Source of the DNA: Botryllus schlosseri
Lineage: Eukaryota
Assembly: GCA_051294905.1 (NCBI GenBank)
Contig: CM119376.1
Span: 23,188,001 to 23,252,000, forward strand
DNA: 64,000 nt
Reading direction: 5' to 3'
The translations under genes and the position numbers were made by a program. A model generated the notes under the pieces. That model made no database searches, had not been told where the DNA came from, and worked only from the letters and a program-made list of their open reading frames with translations. Below are positions 1 to 12,979 of the stretch, one piece after another; positions within the stretch are counted from its first letter, which is position 1, and the number at the start of each line of letters is the position of its first letter.

Positions 1-171
1 ATTTTAGAGACTCTCTATAGTAATCCATCATTCAAAGGACAACTCGACAGTAACCAAACACTGCACGCGAATAATGCGAGTAAGTAAGTTGGTGTTATCC
101 TCCTGTCGTTGAGATTTCTCATGTTTTCCTTCTTGTGTTCTTGACGGTATATGATTGAACTTGATCGCAGC

Positions 172-1845
172 ATGAGCATGACGAACCCAGGGAAGCGGAT
201 TTTGGGAAAATGTATGGATATGTGTCCCGAATCTGAAGTACAATTTCGGAAGGCTCACAATCTTCTGACTGTATTCGAGAGATTGTCTCAGCAAACTACT
301 TCGGTAAGGTCATATAGTTTTCAGTTTTGTGCTTATCTCAGACTCAGTACAGTCCCTCAATCGGCTCAATGTAGTCCATCGCCTGTTTAGGCTTCAGACC
401 TGGGACTTGTGTCATAGTATTTTAGATAGTATTTCCCGGAGCATTCATCAACATATGAAGTATAGCAACTTGAGGAATAAATATTTCAATGTGCCATAAT
501 GAGAAACGAAAGGCTTCATTTCCAATTTATGTCTTGACAATATTTTCGGACAGGGTGATAAAACCAAATGTGTGAAGGAATTTAGAAGATCTGCAGCTGG
601 CGAGAAGCTGGATAATCCCTTACATCTCCGCCCAGCACCTGTTTTATTGCAAACAACGACCTACCTATTGAAGGAAGTCGTCTATTCATCAGAATATCCT
701 TTCCGGACAGTATACGACTTTGTCTTTGACAGGTAAGATACTGTTTTTAATTTGAACTGCGCATATTCAATTTTCGACTTTATTAGCGCAATGTGACTTT
801 ATTTTCTGCACACTGATTGAGGGCAAAAGCTACAGGTTGTAGCAACACATTTTCATCAATTCCTTTACATTTATATTGCAATATCTCTGATATCGATGCG
901 ACAATCCTAGAATTAATTTATTTTAATGATATGAATATCATCAATCAAGTAGGCTACTATATGAAATGCAACGCATATATATATATGTATAGATAAAGTG
1001 ATGTCCATATGTAGTCCAACAGCATGGATGCTGATAATAATAATTATTCTTACAAAAATTATGAACTGGCCCATTGGTTGAAGATCGTATTTTATCTCTT
1101 CAGGCTGAGAAGCGTCCGGCAGGATCTCTCAATTCAAGAAATTCAATTTCACGAACCTCGCGTAGCATGCAACATATTGGAAAAGTGTATTCGCTTTTAC
1201 CTCTACGCAAGATTCATCATCGCGAGTCAAGCAATTCGATCCATTGATTTACACATTCACCGCACGCAGACCCAACATTGTTTGCAGACACTGATTGGAA
1301 TATACAGAACACAGCTGACTGAGGATTCAAAATCAGAGACATTGCAAAATGCTCCAGAATTTATTTCTATTTACATTCTCTCCAACTTGGGTTCAAATCA
1401 TGTGTTGTTTGAGGTTTTAACAAATTTCCGCCATCATGTGCGGTTTACCTACCCCTTGGATATTTCATTAACAATGTCTCTCTCCTACATTCATAACAAT
1501 ATGGTGAGAATCTACAAATGTATCGAGAAATTAATAGCGGACTCACATACTGCTATTATTCTTTCACTTACTGATGCTTTGGGTGAATGTCACACAAAAG
1601 TATTGGATATTCTCTCAAACTCTCACAGCTCGAAAACCTTAACATTCAGCTGTGACCATTTGAGATCTTGGCTTCTTGTGAAGAATGCCAATGATGTACA
1701 AACGCTATGCGAAGCGCATGGTTTCCAAGTTGGTACTGACTGTCAAGTGAGATTTTTTAAGTCTGACTTCCGAAAAGTTCCCAAGTCTATGGCATGTTTG
1801 TCATTGATATCTACTGGTGATGAGAATAAATTGCTACAAATGTAA
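172..1845 (+). CDS. SAC3D1: SAC3 domain-containing protein 1 (SAC3/GANP family), 3 exons: 172-303, 554-732, 1104-1845
   Basis: Spliced frame closes with GT-AG introns. Motifs GKCMDMCPESE, VKEFRRSAAG, LRPAPVL, YDFVFDRLRSVRQDL are typical of SAC3/GANP. It is short, consistent with SAC3D1 rather than GANP. The start could be 151, 172 or 178. Confidence 0.85.
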
Positions 1846-2441
1846 CATTTCAAGGCATTTTCGGTAGCTCACAGCGACTCATGTATTTGATACCATTGGC
1901 AAAACACCACGTTTTTCAAATGAATGTACATAAAATTACATATCCAATATCAGGCATTCGTGGTTAGGCAATGAAATCAGATCTTTCATGTAGTGTTCGT
2001 CAGTTCGTTGTTTATATTTTTAATAATTGCAAAACAACACAAGATTGCACTACAATTAAATATAATACAGAGTCTATGCGACATGAAGTAATCGTTCAAA
2101 CACCCACCTTGGCCTACAGATGATGAAAAAAGTTGAAATGATACATGCACATTGCGCAACGCACACTGAATCAGGGGTGTATTCAAAGGTAGTGAACGTA
2201 GTTTGTGTTGCTACTCAAGTAGAAAGTAGAAGTACTCAATTATAAGAACAAGTATGACTTTCCGAATGGCGAGCTCCTTGCCTTGCAGCCTATTATTCGC
2301 TCTGTGTTGAATAGGGCCTACTGAAAGCTGAACGCCAATGCAAGGTCAGAGTAATCATAATTTTCAATTTTTTTTAGATTTGTAATTGAATTTATGCTAG
2401 CTGAGTAGTTTAGTAAGCCGTCAAAGCATCTCAAAATTGAC

Positions 2442-4025
2442 ATGAAAAATGAAAACGATGATGACAGTGATATGTATGAAGAATACGATGATGCCAGCGT
2501 GCCGTCTAGCCAGGAGAGTCTGAGATTTGAAAATTTTGATGTCGGCTTGGATGAATGCAAAGTTTTCAATGACCCGATTCATGGTCACATACTACTGCAT
2601 CCTCTGCTAGTAAAGATAATTGATACTCCACAATTCCAACGTCTTCGTAGCGTGAAACAGCTTGGAGCCACTTATTTTGTATACCCGGGCGGATCACACA
2701 ATCGCTTTGAACACTGTATTGGTGTTTCTTACCTGGCTGAAAAACTGACTCGTATGCTACAAAACAAGCAGAAGAACCTTAACATCACCGAAAAAGACAT
2801 TTTATGTGTTGCAATGGCTGGATTGTGTCATGACTTGGGACATGGTCCTTTCTCTCATCTGTTTGATGGCATGTTTCTACCGCAAGTGGTAAAAGACTGT
2901 ACTTGGCATCACGAAAAAGGATCCTGCGTCATGCTGGAGCACTTGATTGAAGAGAACAATCTAAGGCCTCATCTAGCTAAATATGATATTGACGATGATG
3001 ATGTTATATTTGTGAAAGAGATGATAGCAGGCCCTCTCGAGGAAAGCAACTTGAACGGCGCCAGCTGGCCTTATCTAGGAAGAGGCGAGGAAAAGAGCTT
3101 CTTGTATGAAATCGTTTCAAATGAGAGGAACAAAGTTGATGTCGATAAGTGGGATTATTTCGCGAGGGACTGCCATCATCTTGGCATCCGTAACAGCTTT
3201 GACCACAACCGTTTCATGCAATTTATCAAAGTTCTTCGCGTTGAAGGCGAACGACTTCAGATATGCGCAAGAGATAAAGAATGCTTCAACCTTTACGAGA
3301 TGTTCCACACGAGAAGCGCCCTTCACAAAAGAGCGTACAGGCATAAAGTGGCTTCTGCCATTGAACTTATGATAACCAAAGCATTTGTGATTGCTGATCC
3401 TCATATTAGAATTCCTGGTGCCAATGATAAGCAATGTCGCATGTCCGAATGTATTCACGATCCTGTTGCTTTCACTAAACTCAACGATAATATCTTTGAT
3501 ATCATTTTGCATTCTACTGTTCTGGAAATGAAACCGGCACAGGAAATTCTCAAGCGGATACAGAAAAGAGAGCTGTATAAATGCATCGGAGTAATTAGAC
3601 AAGCAACTTTAGATATGAAGACCTCAGAAATCCCGACAAAGATTGTCGAATTTGATGATTCAAATATTCTCAAGGAAGAAGATGTCATCGCAAAATCGAT
3701 AAAAATTAACTACGGAATGCGTGACCAAAATCCAATTGACTCCTTCAGATTTTTCTCAAAAGCCAACCCAACCAAGCCTTATCACATGCGTAGAGATGAC
3801 GTTTCAAATATGTTACCGAGCATTTTCGAGGACCAAGAAATCGAAGTGTATTGCATCGATAACTCGAAAATGGACCTAGCGAGCAAATGCTTCCAGAATT
3901 GGTCGGATGCATCCGAATTGAAAGTGACGCACGGCCATATGAGCTGTGATAGATTGACTCCAATGAAGCGGAGTGGTACGAAAAGTGGAATAGAGATCAC
4001 TAAGAAGAAGAAATTGTATATTTGA
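2442..4025 (+). CDS. SAMHD1: dNTP triphosphohydrolase SAMHD1 (HD domain only), single exon, 527 aa
   Basis: KVFNDPIHGHI, IIDTPQFQRLR, HNRFEHCIGV, LCHDLGHGPFSHLFD and DVDKWDY supply the HD metal ligands. C-terminal TPMK is CDK-site-like. Confidence 0.95.
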   Translation: MKNENDDDSDMYEEYDDASVPSSQESLRFENFDVGLDECKVFNDPIHGHILLHPLLVKIIDTPQFQRLRSVKQLGATYFVYPGGSHNRFEHCIGVSYLAEKLTRMLQNKQKNLNITEKDILCVAMAGLCHDLGHGPFSHLFDGMFLPQVVKDCTWHHEKGSCVMLEHLIEENNLRPHLAKYDIDDDDVIFVKEMIAGPLEESNLNGASWPYLGRGEEKSFLYEIVSNERNKVDVDKWDYFARDCHHLGIRNSFDHNRFMQFIKVLRVEGERLQICARDKECFNLYEMFHTRSALHKRAYRHKVASAIELMITKAFVIADPHIRIPGANDKQCRMSECIHDPVAFTKLNDNIFDIILHSTVLEMKPAQEILKRIQKRELYKCIGVIRQATLDMKTSEIPTKIVEFDDSNILKEEDVIAKSIKINYGMRDQNPIDSFRFFSKANPTKPYHMRRDDVSNMLPSIFEDQEIEVYCIDNSKMDLASKCFQNWSDASELKVTHGHMSCDRLTPMKRSGTKSGIEITKKKKLYI

Positions 4026-5789
4026 ACTTGACGTCTTGCTTGGCAGTGGAAATTGCTGGAATCTTTCAAATTATTTGGAAAGTCTGACAGTGCGGATGAT
4101 TAATATGTAACCGTAAAAAAACAGATGGGCTCACTGCACTGCGCTGTGGTATAAGTGATGATAGAAAATAAAGATCAAAATACTGAATCACTTTGTCATA
4201 TATTTCACTTTATACTCCACGAAATGACACATGCGGATGCACTAAATTAATTTTATTATTTCTTGCAGAGCTGATCTAATTTTGCAATATTGGCTGTCTT
4301 TCGTGCGATTTAGACCAATCCTCACTTGTCTCACCACTTGCTGTTATACTCTATGTATCATTTGCCGGTACCTAGGCCCACATATCTTCAACCTGTTTCG
4401 AGTCTTCATAAACTGACTTATTAATTAGGTCCTAGCACACCATAATGGATAGTTTTGGAATCAACATGTTGTTCATTTCCATCCGTGAACCACCAGTTGG
4501 CTATGAGGTGTGACTAGTTATTGTATTATTTCAATATATTTTCGGAATTTTACGTATAGACTACATTTTATGATTTACTTCCAGCATGTGCTTTACTGTC
4601 TCAAGCTGTTGCGACATTGCTCTTCCAATTTCACCAGAGACCCACCACTGTCATAATGCAGGAAATTGAATTATAAAATCGAGGAGCGGTCTTGTCGCAA
4701 TATCTGGCACATGAGCATATATTTTTGAATGGTCAATTATGGTGCTGCTACTTTTTCTAAAAAAACTCTGTTATGGTCATCAAAGCCCTTCATGCTCCCA
4801 ATGAACATTTCAAATTCATATGTTAATTTTTCGTGTGCGCTCCGGCTTTTGAATCGCATTTCACCGCGTCAATTTTGAAGCCCTTTGAAAGGAAAGGCCC
4901 CTTAGCAGTAGGGGCCTACCAGCGACAACATATCAAGAGTGAATAAATTGTGGGCTTGATATTTTTATACTGTTCTGTTTCTACTGTTATTGTAGCGTAG
5001 CTGTCTAAGGACATCGGCATCAATGTATACTCCTCTTGCCATTTAATTGTGGGATTGAAGCTGGTCACTGATCATTTATGACTTGAAAATGTAAAAGTCA
5101 CAAAGCAGGCAAGCACCCTCTGACACACCTAGTAAAGTAGGCTATATCTATTCCGTTACCCCCTTTTAATTGGTTATCGGACCTGTCGATGGGTGATTGA
5201 TAGCTCATAGCTTGGCTTGAAATTGGAAACACTTGTTATCAAATTTGCTGCCCTTCGCAATGGGTCCAAGTTAGAAACATTCCTTGGCGTCATTGGTGGA
5301 TGGCTCTGAATGATAATGCCTAATGCCTGCGTCGGTAGTGTGTGAAACGCCTGTATCTGCAAATCCAAGTTCCCTAAAGCTCTCTGTGAGGCTGGTATTT
5401 GAGATTACCTACTTTTGACTCTGCATTGCTTTTATTTTCTGTGACTTTCGTGCAATCGCTACAGTTCTTGTGGTTGTCAATGTGACATTTCTTTTATTTC
5501 ATTCACGGCGTGATATAATCGTATGAACGCATTTTTGCTGTTATTAGCACTGTGTAGTGTGTATACTATGCCTAGATACATGCCGGGGTTTAATTTTTGA
5601 TTGTGTGACTAACATGAAGCCTGCGTGCCTCATGTTGTTCAGCAATCATCTTGATTGTATTACACCGTATTACAATATCAATGAATAATGGGTTTGAGTG
5701 AAATCACAGCAACATTATGTATCATTGGTCTCATAACTCTTATTGTAATTCTTTAGAGGCGAATCTTTTTCTTACCATAACGATTTGGT

Positions 5790-8700
5790 ATGGCGCCTGG
5801 GCGTACTCATTCAAAAGGTAGTGAAGACGATGGAGACACACTGGAAGAAGAATCTTCGTTCTACCTCCCAAAGAAATCTGATGAAGCTACAGCTAAGGTG
5901 GTAACGTGTGTAGTGGTTGGTGGTGGCTTACGTGGACAATGTTACTCCAAATACTCGAAAGACTTTCCTCATTTGGTAAATGACTAATTATTTTTCTCTT
6001 AGATTATCTCTATTAATACTGATGTAATTGATTTCTGGAATCTGGCAACTAGACGGTTTGCCTTTATGAACAGCAAGATCATTGACTGTTAACTGCTGGT
6101 CCGTATCAAATTTCTTGTCAGTCCTTCTAATATACTGCAATTATATATATCGATTTCAAAATGCAGGATGTCATTGATTGAAGTAAAAATTCGAAGCATA
6201 CTCTGAGTGAGAACTTCGCCAGTTCTGTGATTTGCAACATCGTGGAGCAATATAGAGTTCCTGGTTGAATGCTTTTATGTATAAATGGTTGTTCGTGATT
6301 CTTCTTGCTCATTGGTTTTTATCGTAATAATGCAGTTGAAGATCGTAGCTATCTGTGATCCAAGCAAACGTGTACGGCAAATCTTCGAGAAAGAATTCAA
6401 TATTCCAGCGGATCGACAATTCACAGGTGAAGAAGCTTCGAACTCGTTTTTGTGTGTGACTGCGAACTGTGTGGAAATACCTACTAATATATAAATCACA
6501 GAACTTGATTCATTGGTTTTCCGTATGGTATTCATATGACGTGAGAATTATTATTCACTGATCCAAACAGTCACTGTTGGAAAGCGTTTGATATGTGATT
6601 GTAATGATTCATTGATACTCAGAGATAGGCTGAGTAAGCTAAGTCAGAACACGAGAGTTGTGCGCTCCATAATTGCCAGTTACTTTGATACCATCACTGA
6701 CTGACATGTTGATAGGGCTCGGTTTTATTTCTAAATAGGGGGTGTCATAATCGTCATTCCAAATAACCACACCTAGACCTAACACAATCCTAGCCCTCAC
6801 CCTAAATCACTGTGAATGTTTCTAGTTTTGAATGACTCGTTATTATGAGCGTTACTGTTTTAACATTCACTACTATGTCTGGATTCCATCGATAAGATCT
6901 ACACCTGTCTCTTGCAAATTTTGTAAGCAAATCAATTTCTTGTTGATGATAGGGCAACTTTCCAATTAGCTGAGTCTAGAATGATGTTTAGCACGGTAGT
7001 AGTCTGTTTAAAATTACAGGTGTATTTACACTTTTAGATTGGAATGAACTGATGAAACTCGATAAACTTGCTGATTTTGCTTGTGTATGTACGCCTGATG
7101 TATTGCACAAAGACCCTGCTATTGCCTTAGCAGGGAAGGGGTACCATATTCTGCTTGAAAAACCAATGGCGGTAAGGACTATGTATTCTGTGTGGTGCAA
7201 TCTTGTATATTGTAATGAAATATTTTCAAGACAACCAGGGCTGACTGCATTGCTATCAAAGATGCATGTGAGAGAAGTAATGTCATGTTTGCAGTATGTC
7301 ATGTTCTACGCTACTATCCTCCGAATAAAAAACTCAAGGAATTAATTGACTCTGGTGTCATTGGTGATGTTGTTAATATACAACATACAGAACCGGTGCG
7401 TTAAAAATTTTGATTTTTATGATTTTATGATTCCATTGATATGGCAGCGATGTGTTTAGGTTGGCTTCTGGCACTATGCGCATTCGTACGTCAGGGGAAA
7501 TTGGCGAAAAGAAAGCGAAAGTTGCTTTTCATTGCTCGCGAAATGCTGTCATGACGTGGACTTGATAGCGTATTGGATGCGAGGTCAGTTAGATGCGAGA
7601 AAAAATCCAGTCGTATGCACAACAATATCATCGTTTGGATCTCTCATCCACTTCAAGAAAGAAAATAAGGTAGAGAATATATGATTAACTCTTGATTTAA
7701 ATTACGGTTTTCAGCGACCCTTGCATATCATAATAAAAAAACACCTTGGGGACAGTTGGTCCTAAACTCTTTCAGCTTGAAGCACATTAGAAAAATTGAA
7801 AAGCACTTGTGCTTCACTGACTCGTGAAAACGAGTTGTGTTGAAAAAAATTCATGGATTTGTTTTTTATACGACTGAGGTTGAATGCTGACAAACAAACC
7901 AGCAGTTCGTCGTGAATTACTAGCAGTCTCCCTAGTTTATAGCTTGTAAGTTCAGAAAAGCCATGTTCACATTGCCATTCGCCATGGGTGACATAAATAA
8001 GTTGCACCGATCGTCGAATGGGATTTGAAAGCAGACATCCAAACTCAAAGATATAATTCTAAGATATTAGCCTAATTATGATGTTACAAGTATCCTACTC
8101 TGTAGGCAATGCCATATTTGGTTTCATTGTTATGGATGCTTTATTCATCAGCTATTGAAACTGCCGGAGCACTATTAAGTGCATGTGCTTGTCTGTATGC
8201 CTTATTTGAATACTGATACAGCTCTTTTCCGAATTCTAGATAAATTTACAGCACAGGTGATATCTGTGGCGTCACACCACACTGGTCACAAGCCACTCTA
8301 CCAGCAGTGACTCCACCTGATAGCATGCTGTATCTTTTAAGGCTCCGTTCTCTCGTTGAATGACTTAGCTGTCTTCACACTGTCATCGTTGTTTTTAAAG
8401 CCAGAAGGTGCATCGGACAGATGCTTGGGCTGTAGTGTGGAAGAGGAGTGTCCATACTCTGCACAGAAGATCTACCTCAAACCGGCCAAGAGCGGATTTT
8501 GGAGCTTCCCTGTGAAGGCTGTGACGGACATTGAAGACATTAACGTGTTAACCGACAGACTGCAATCGGGTCCTTATGGAAGGTGTGTGTACGATTGCGA
8601 CAATGACGTATGCGATAACCAGGTACACGGTGCCTATGCTTTTATTCGGCATGATTAGTATGCTAATGACAAAATGTTATTTTAGATTGTAAACTTTCAG

Positions 8701-9426
8701 TTCAGTGGTGGGCAAACCGCTTCACTCACAATGATTGCTTACACGGAGAGTGTGTGCAAACGAAGGACGATTATATACGGGACAAAGGTAAATTTCTCAT
8801 TGATTCCCTGGCTGTTGAGTCACGATTTGTGCAAATTTCGACTTTCATATGCCAAGAGGAAGTTTAGTACCTCTAACATGGGTAATAGAGCTGACATGTC
8901 CCGTGTCCGTGTACAGTACATACAAAGTGCATCTGAAGTACAGTGTACCTTGCATTTGTGCGTCTGTAGAATTAGCGAATACTGTGTGGAGGATATTATG
9001 TGCGTAAGGTGGCCACCTCTGTTCCCCAGTTACTCCTAGCCCTGACGGTCTTTGACTTTTCTAGGGAGAATTGACGTTTGACGAAAGAGCAGGACCATAC
9101 ATAAAGCAATACAACTTTGCAACAAGAAGGACCACACAGCACCAATGTTCAATGGGACTGGCAAAACTTTCCTCGATGAGGGGACATGGCGGTGCCGATT
9201 TTTATCTCATGGATTCGTTTGTTAAAGCTGTGATGGTATGAAGGTTTTTCAAGCTGACCAATAGAACGTTGGTATTTCTTAATCGTATTTATATATATAT
9301 TATTCTCCTTTCCAGTTCAATGACCGCAATGTCATAGCCAGCGGTGCTGACGAAACTTTGCAGAGCCATCTTCTGTGTTTTTCTGCCGAGGAATCAAGAG
9401 TGAAAGGAAAAGTTATTGTTTTGTAG
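5790..9426 (+). CDS. Gfo/Idh/MocA-family NAD(P)-dependent oxidoreductase, copy 1; 9 exons (5790-5975, 6336-6426, 7038-7171, 7231-7395, 7460-7669, 8401-8622, 8686-8787, 9065-9235, 9316-9426), about 463 aa
   Basis: Rossmann motif VVVGGGLRG, plus [53 protein letters not shown] and GHGGAD. All introns are GT-AG and the exon phases close. Confidence 0.9.
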
Positions 9427-9720
9427 TAATATTATATTCTATGCAATATATTCGGAGCATTTCTAATTTTTTACGTGTTTCATGCTGCTTTTGTTTTTAT
9501 CCTCTGAATTTAATCTTGTTGGCATATCCGGTAAATGTCAATATACGTCTAGCACCATTACTTTGGTACCAGTCTTTTGTTGTAGCAATTATGTAGCCTT
9601 TGCTTCGTTGATTTAATATCTGCCTGCATATGAAGTCTAGAGTTGATTGTAAGAGTCAATTTTTTCCCTGGGCAAGGGATCAGATTATCCATCAATGTTT
9701 GCTCTGTTAAAACTGGTCAT

Positions 9721-9970
9721 TAGGGTTGTTCAAAATAAACTTTTTTAATTTCACTGGGCACCCCGTGAAATTATCAGGTTGACTAAAAAAACACTGATGC
9801 ACACCAAATTTGATTCAATTCCAGTCCATACGAACAAAGTTAAGAGTAGAAAATTTTGGGCTTAAGAAATGGTATTGGTGGTAACTCCAAAATGTAATTA
9901 CTCCCAATTGTGGACGCAGGACGTAGTTGATTTTTGACCTTGGTTCTTCTGAGGCATTACACCGACTCAT
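9721..9970. mobile_element. Truncated copy of the long-TIR foldback family
   Basis: Begins tagggttgttcaaaataa, similar to the 9982 element terminus; caccaaattt motif is shared. End point is approximate. Confidence 0.5.
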
Positions 9971-9981
9971 GATATGCATAT

Positions 9982-10596
9982 TAGGGCTGTTCAAAAATAA
10001 CTTTTTTTCCCCGATTCAAGCCGGTCACCTCTTAAATCGTCAGGTTGCAGTAGAAAACCTTGCTCACCAAATTTCACTCGATTCCAACCAGTAAAGGCCT
10101 CCGCAGATCCAATTAAAATTTTTAAATTATTATGAAAAATTAAAAAAAAAAAAATTTCCAAATTTTTCTGCCAACCCCATGAAATTGTTGAGCTGTCTTC
10201 AAAGACGTTGCAAAACAAATTTGAGTCAATTCCGACCAGTAGAAGCGGAGTTACGTGAGTTTTTCGTTGATAAATCGCGGATTATCCACCGATCAAGGAT
10301 AATCCGAGAAATATCGAAAAACTCACATAACTCCGCTTCTACTGGTCGGAATTGACTCAAATTTGTTTTGCAACGTCTTTGAAGACAGCTCAACGATTTC
10401 ATGGGGTTGGCAGAAAAATTTGGAAATTTTTATTTTTTATTTTCCATAATAAATTAAAAATTTTAATTGGATCTGCGGAGGCCTTTACTGGTTGGAATCG
10501 AGTGAAATTTGGTGAGCAAGGTTTTCTACTGCAACCTGACGATTTAAGAGGTGACCGGCTTGAATCGGGAAAAAAAGTTATTTTTGAACAGCCCTA
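9982..10596. mobile_element. Foldback/MULE-like non-autonomous element, about 290-bp near-perfect inverted arms
   Basis: Termini tagggctgttcaaaaataa and ttatttttgaacagcccta. The palindrome gives near-identical ORFs on opposite strands (9991-10218 and 10352-10597). Flanks atatgcatat / aattgcatat are an imperfect TSD. Confidence 0.85.
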
Positions 10597-10622
10597 AATT
10601 GCATATACACGATTTGTGCACT

Positions 10623-10880
10623 GAGAGAGAGAGAGAGATATGATATTCTTTTTCGTCTGCACCATCGAGATGCTTTGACGACGGTGTTGCGATATGGCCC
10701 CATGAGGTCATCTAGTCTGCGCCCCCGTTTTTTTTCTCCTCCATGCTATCCGTGATTGCTGAGCGCCTAGCAGGATAGCTGCGGATACCAATTTTCGAGT
10801 CTTTGGTATGACCCGGCCAGGGATCGAACCCACGACCTACCGCTCGAGAAGACGGGCGCATCACCATTACACTATCTCGC
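10623..10880 (-). mobile_element. tRNA-derived SINE
   Basis: On the minus strand: A-box-like tagtgtaatgg and B-box ggttcgatccc, then gggtcataccaaagact...ggcgctcagca (resembles the conserved core of widespread animal SINEs, from memory), then a (TC)n tail. Confidence 0.8.
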
Positions 10881-11036
10881 TGCATATGCATTCCATGATG
10901 TGCCAGTGTTGGGATCAAGTCACTACCTTCGAGTCACGAGTCATTGCACATTTTGACTCGAGTCAAGTCAATCTATTTTCGAAGGTGACTCGAGTCAAGT
11001 CACTCGATTTTTGGAGGTGACTCGAGTCACGTCAAG

Positions 11037-11962
11037 TAGGGATGGTGTGAACGCGAGGTTCACGTTCGCGTTCTGTGTGTGAACCTTGGAAATTTAGAGG
11101 TTCACGTTCACAAACGAACCTTGATAGGTTCTGCACTGTGAACCTTTTTCCTTTATTACAATTTTCACTTCATTATAACATCTTTGGTTGAAATTTATTG
11201 CATTTTAACTGCGGGCCACTATAGGCATGGCGCTGGTAGCATAAAAAATCAACACTAAACGAGCATGCACCCTGACAATCTCAAATTTTTTACCTGCTTT
11301 GTTACAATATTTAGTGACTATCTACTATGAGCTTGAGCCGCAATCACAAAATATCAAGACCGAAAAGCGTTTGATGCCTATTCAACCAATTAATGAAATT
11401 GATATCGGTGTCAGATATAATAAATCTAGCAAGAGTACGGGGTTCATCTCGATTTCATATGTTTATTGTATCATTAAAACCAAATACGTGCGATTGAAGT
11501 GCTGGCCTCTGCTGTAGAACTTGTTAATGGGGTAAAACCCCGTTTACACTCTGCTTAATATCAACGTGGGAACAATCAGACGCCGAATACATTGTCCGGT
11601 CTGGCCTAGACGGCTAAGGCGTAGGATTATATTCCCATGCAAGTCCTCGTCGAATTTGTTGACAAAGTGACGGAGGATGTTGATTTTATGAGATAATTAT
11701 ATCATTTGATTGCTTCACAGTTGATACATTTGGCAACGTTTAAAAAGTCAGTATGTACTTCAGCATTGTGACATTATGTGGCCCGACTTGGCGCTTGGTA
11801 TCTTGTACATTAATCTATATCCCTTCACTGAAATGTAGGGTCGGAATTAGCAATATGACGTCACGTGACGTCATGAGGTTCACGTTCGCGTTCACACAGA
11901 ACCTTTCAAAAAGGTTCGCGTTCACACGAACCTGAACCTTTCAGAGGTTCACACCATCCCTA
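11037..11962. mobile_element. hAT-type MITE, 926 bp, nested
   Basis: TIRs tagggatggtgtgaac / gttcacaccatcccta; exact 8-bp TSD acgtcaag (11029-11036, 11963-11970); subterminal gttcac/gtgaac repeats. Confidence 0.9.
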
Positions 11963-12349
11963 ACGTCAAGTCAAGTCATAATTCTAGTCAAGTTGCCTTT
12001 TCGAAGTGTGAGGCATGCTTACGTCATCGCATTTTGCTAGCTGTCAGAAATACAGATTGAGTGGTCGTTTATTCTGGACTCATGAACGAACATAGAGTTA
12101 AATATAAACGCAAGAAGGCACTTTATTGCTCTTATATACGTAGAAATGCTAAACCACGTAAGTAACAGCATAGCCTCGGATTATATATTTATCAGCTAAA
12201 ATAGAGAATAGATAGACAAACGTATTAATAAGATTCAATACATTATACCCAGTAACAAGTTGATATGATACAGTTCCAGTATAGAGACTGTCCTACAGTC
12301 TCTATAGTTCCAACCTGCGCTAATGGCTGAGGACTATATAAACTATATT

Positions 12350-12784
12350 TAGGCTTACCATACGTCCTCTTTTGAGAGGATTTGTCCTCTTTTTTGACGT
12401 TTTTGAAAGTTTCCTCGGAGGACGCCCTTTTGTCCTCTTTTTTGAGATTTAGAGCAGATTTAGTGCAAATTGCGAGTGATATTCCGCATATTAGTACAGA
12501 ATTGAAGCTCCGACGGGTGAAAAACGGTGATTCTAGCTCTGAGCGAAAAGATGACCTTTTTTTTTTTTTTTTTTAGTCATCCACCTGGCAATGTGGAGTA
12601 AATAACGTTATTTTGAGCTCTGAGCGGAAAAGATGACCTTTTTTTTTCTTTTTTTTTTCTTTTAGTCAACCGATCACAAAGTGGGAAAAATTAACCGGTT
12701 TTTGAGAATTTAACTCCGGTTTTGCAAGTTGCAAATTTCTGAAAAAGTGTCCTCTTTTTTGATTTCCAAAATATGGTAAGCCTA
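12350..12784. mobile_element. MITE, nested, 435 bp
   Basis: Perfect 13-bp TIR taggcttaccata / tatggtaagccta; gtcctc subterminal motifs; TSD not clean. Confidence 0.75.
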
Positions 12785-12979
12785 CATATTGGAATTCAAT
12801 TTCAATAAAACAAGAGGTTTGGTTAAGTTAAGAACAAAAATATACATTTTGCTATTAAATTACTCTACTATGGGCTACTAGTTTACGCCAGCGTAACCCG
12901 TAGGCTTCGATCACTTCGTTTGCGAGCAATTTATTTGTATGAGAACAATGGAGGCTCAGTAAAACGCACGCTACTAAAA

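Larger units (their letters stand above)
10904..12970 (-). mobile_element. hAT MITE (cagtgttggga / gactcgagtc family), truncated, interrupted by two nested elements
   Basis: Collinear in reverse with the intact copy at 60321-61096 once 11037-11962 and 12350-12784 are removed. Confidence 0.75.

Noticed and set aside
1024-1103. ATG at 1024 as an independent gene start
   Set aside because: Intronic read-through upstream of the SAC3D1 exon 3 acceptor at 1103.
2085-2185. NAHR between LINE-like copies as the cause of the duplication
   Set aside because: The left breakpoint (1861) lies about 220 bp outside this fragment and is not in register with the right breakpoint at 13231.
9991-10597. Paired near-identical ORFs on opposite strands
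   Set aside because: Artefact of the palindromic element; TTG starts and no protein motifs.
10800-10880. tRNA gene
   Set aside because: A and B boxes are present, but there is no closing acceptor stem and the sequence continues into a SINE body and tail.
10904-11036. gactcgagtc repeats (also ~33400, 39800, 41400, 59300, 60340, 61000) as a CRISPR array
   Set aside because: Spacing is irregular, there are no unique spacers or cas genes, and they are MITE subterminal motifs bounded by TIRs and TSDs.
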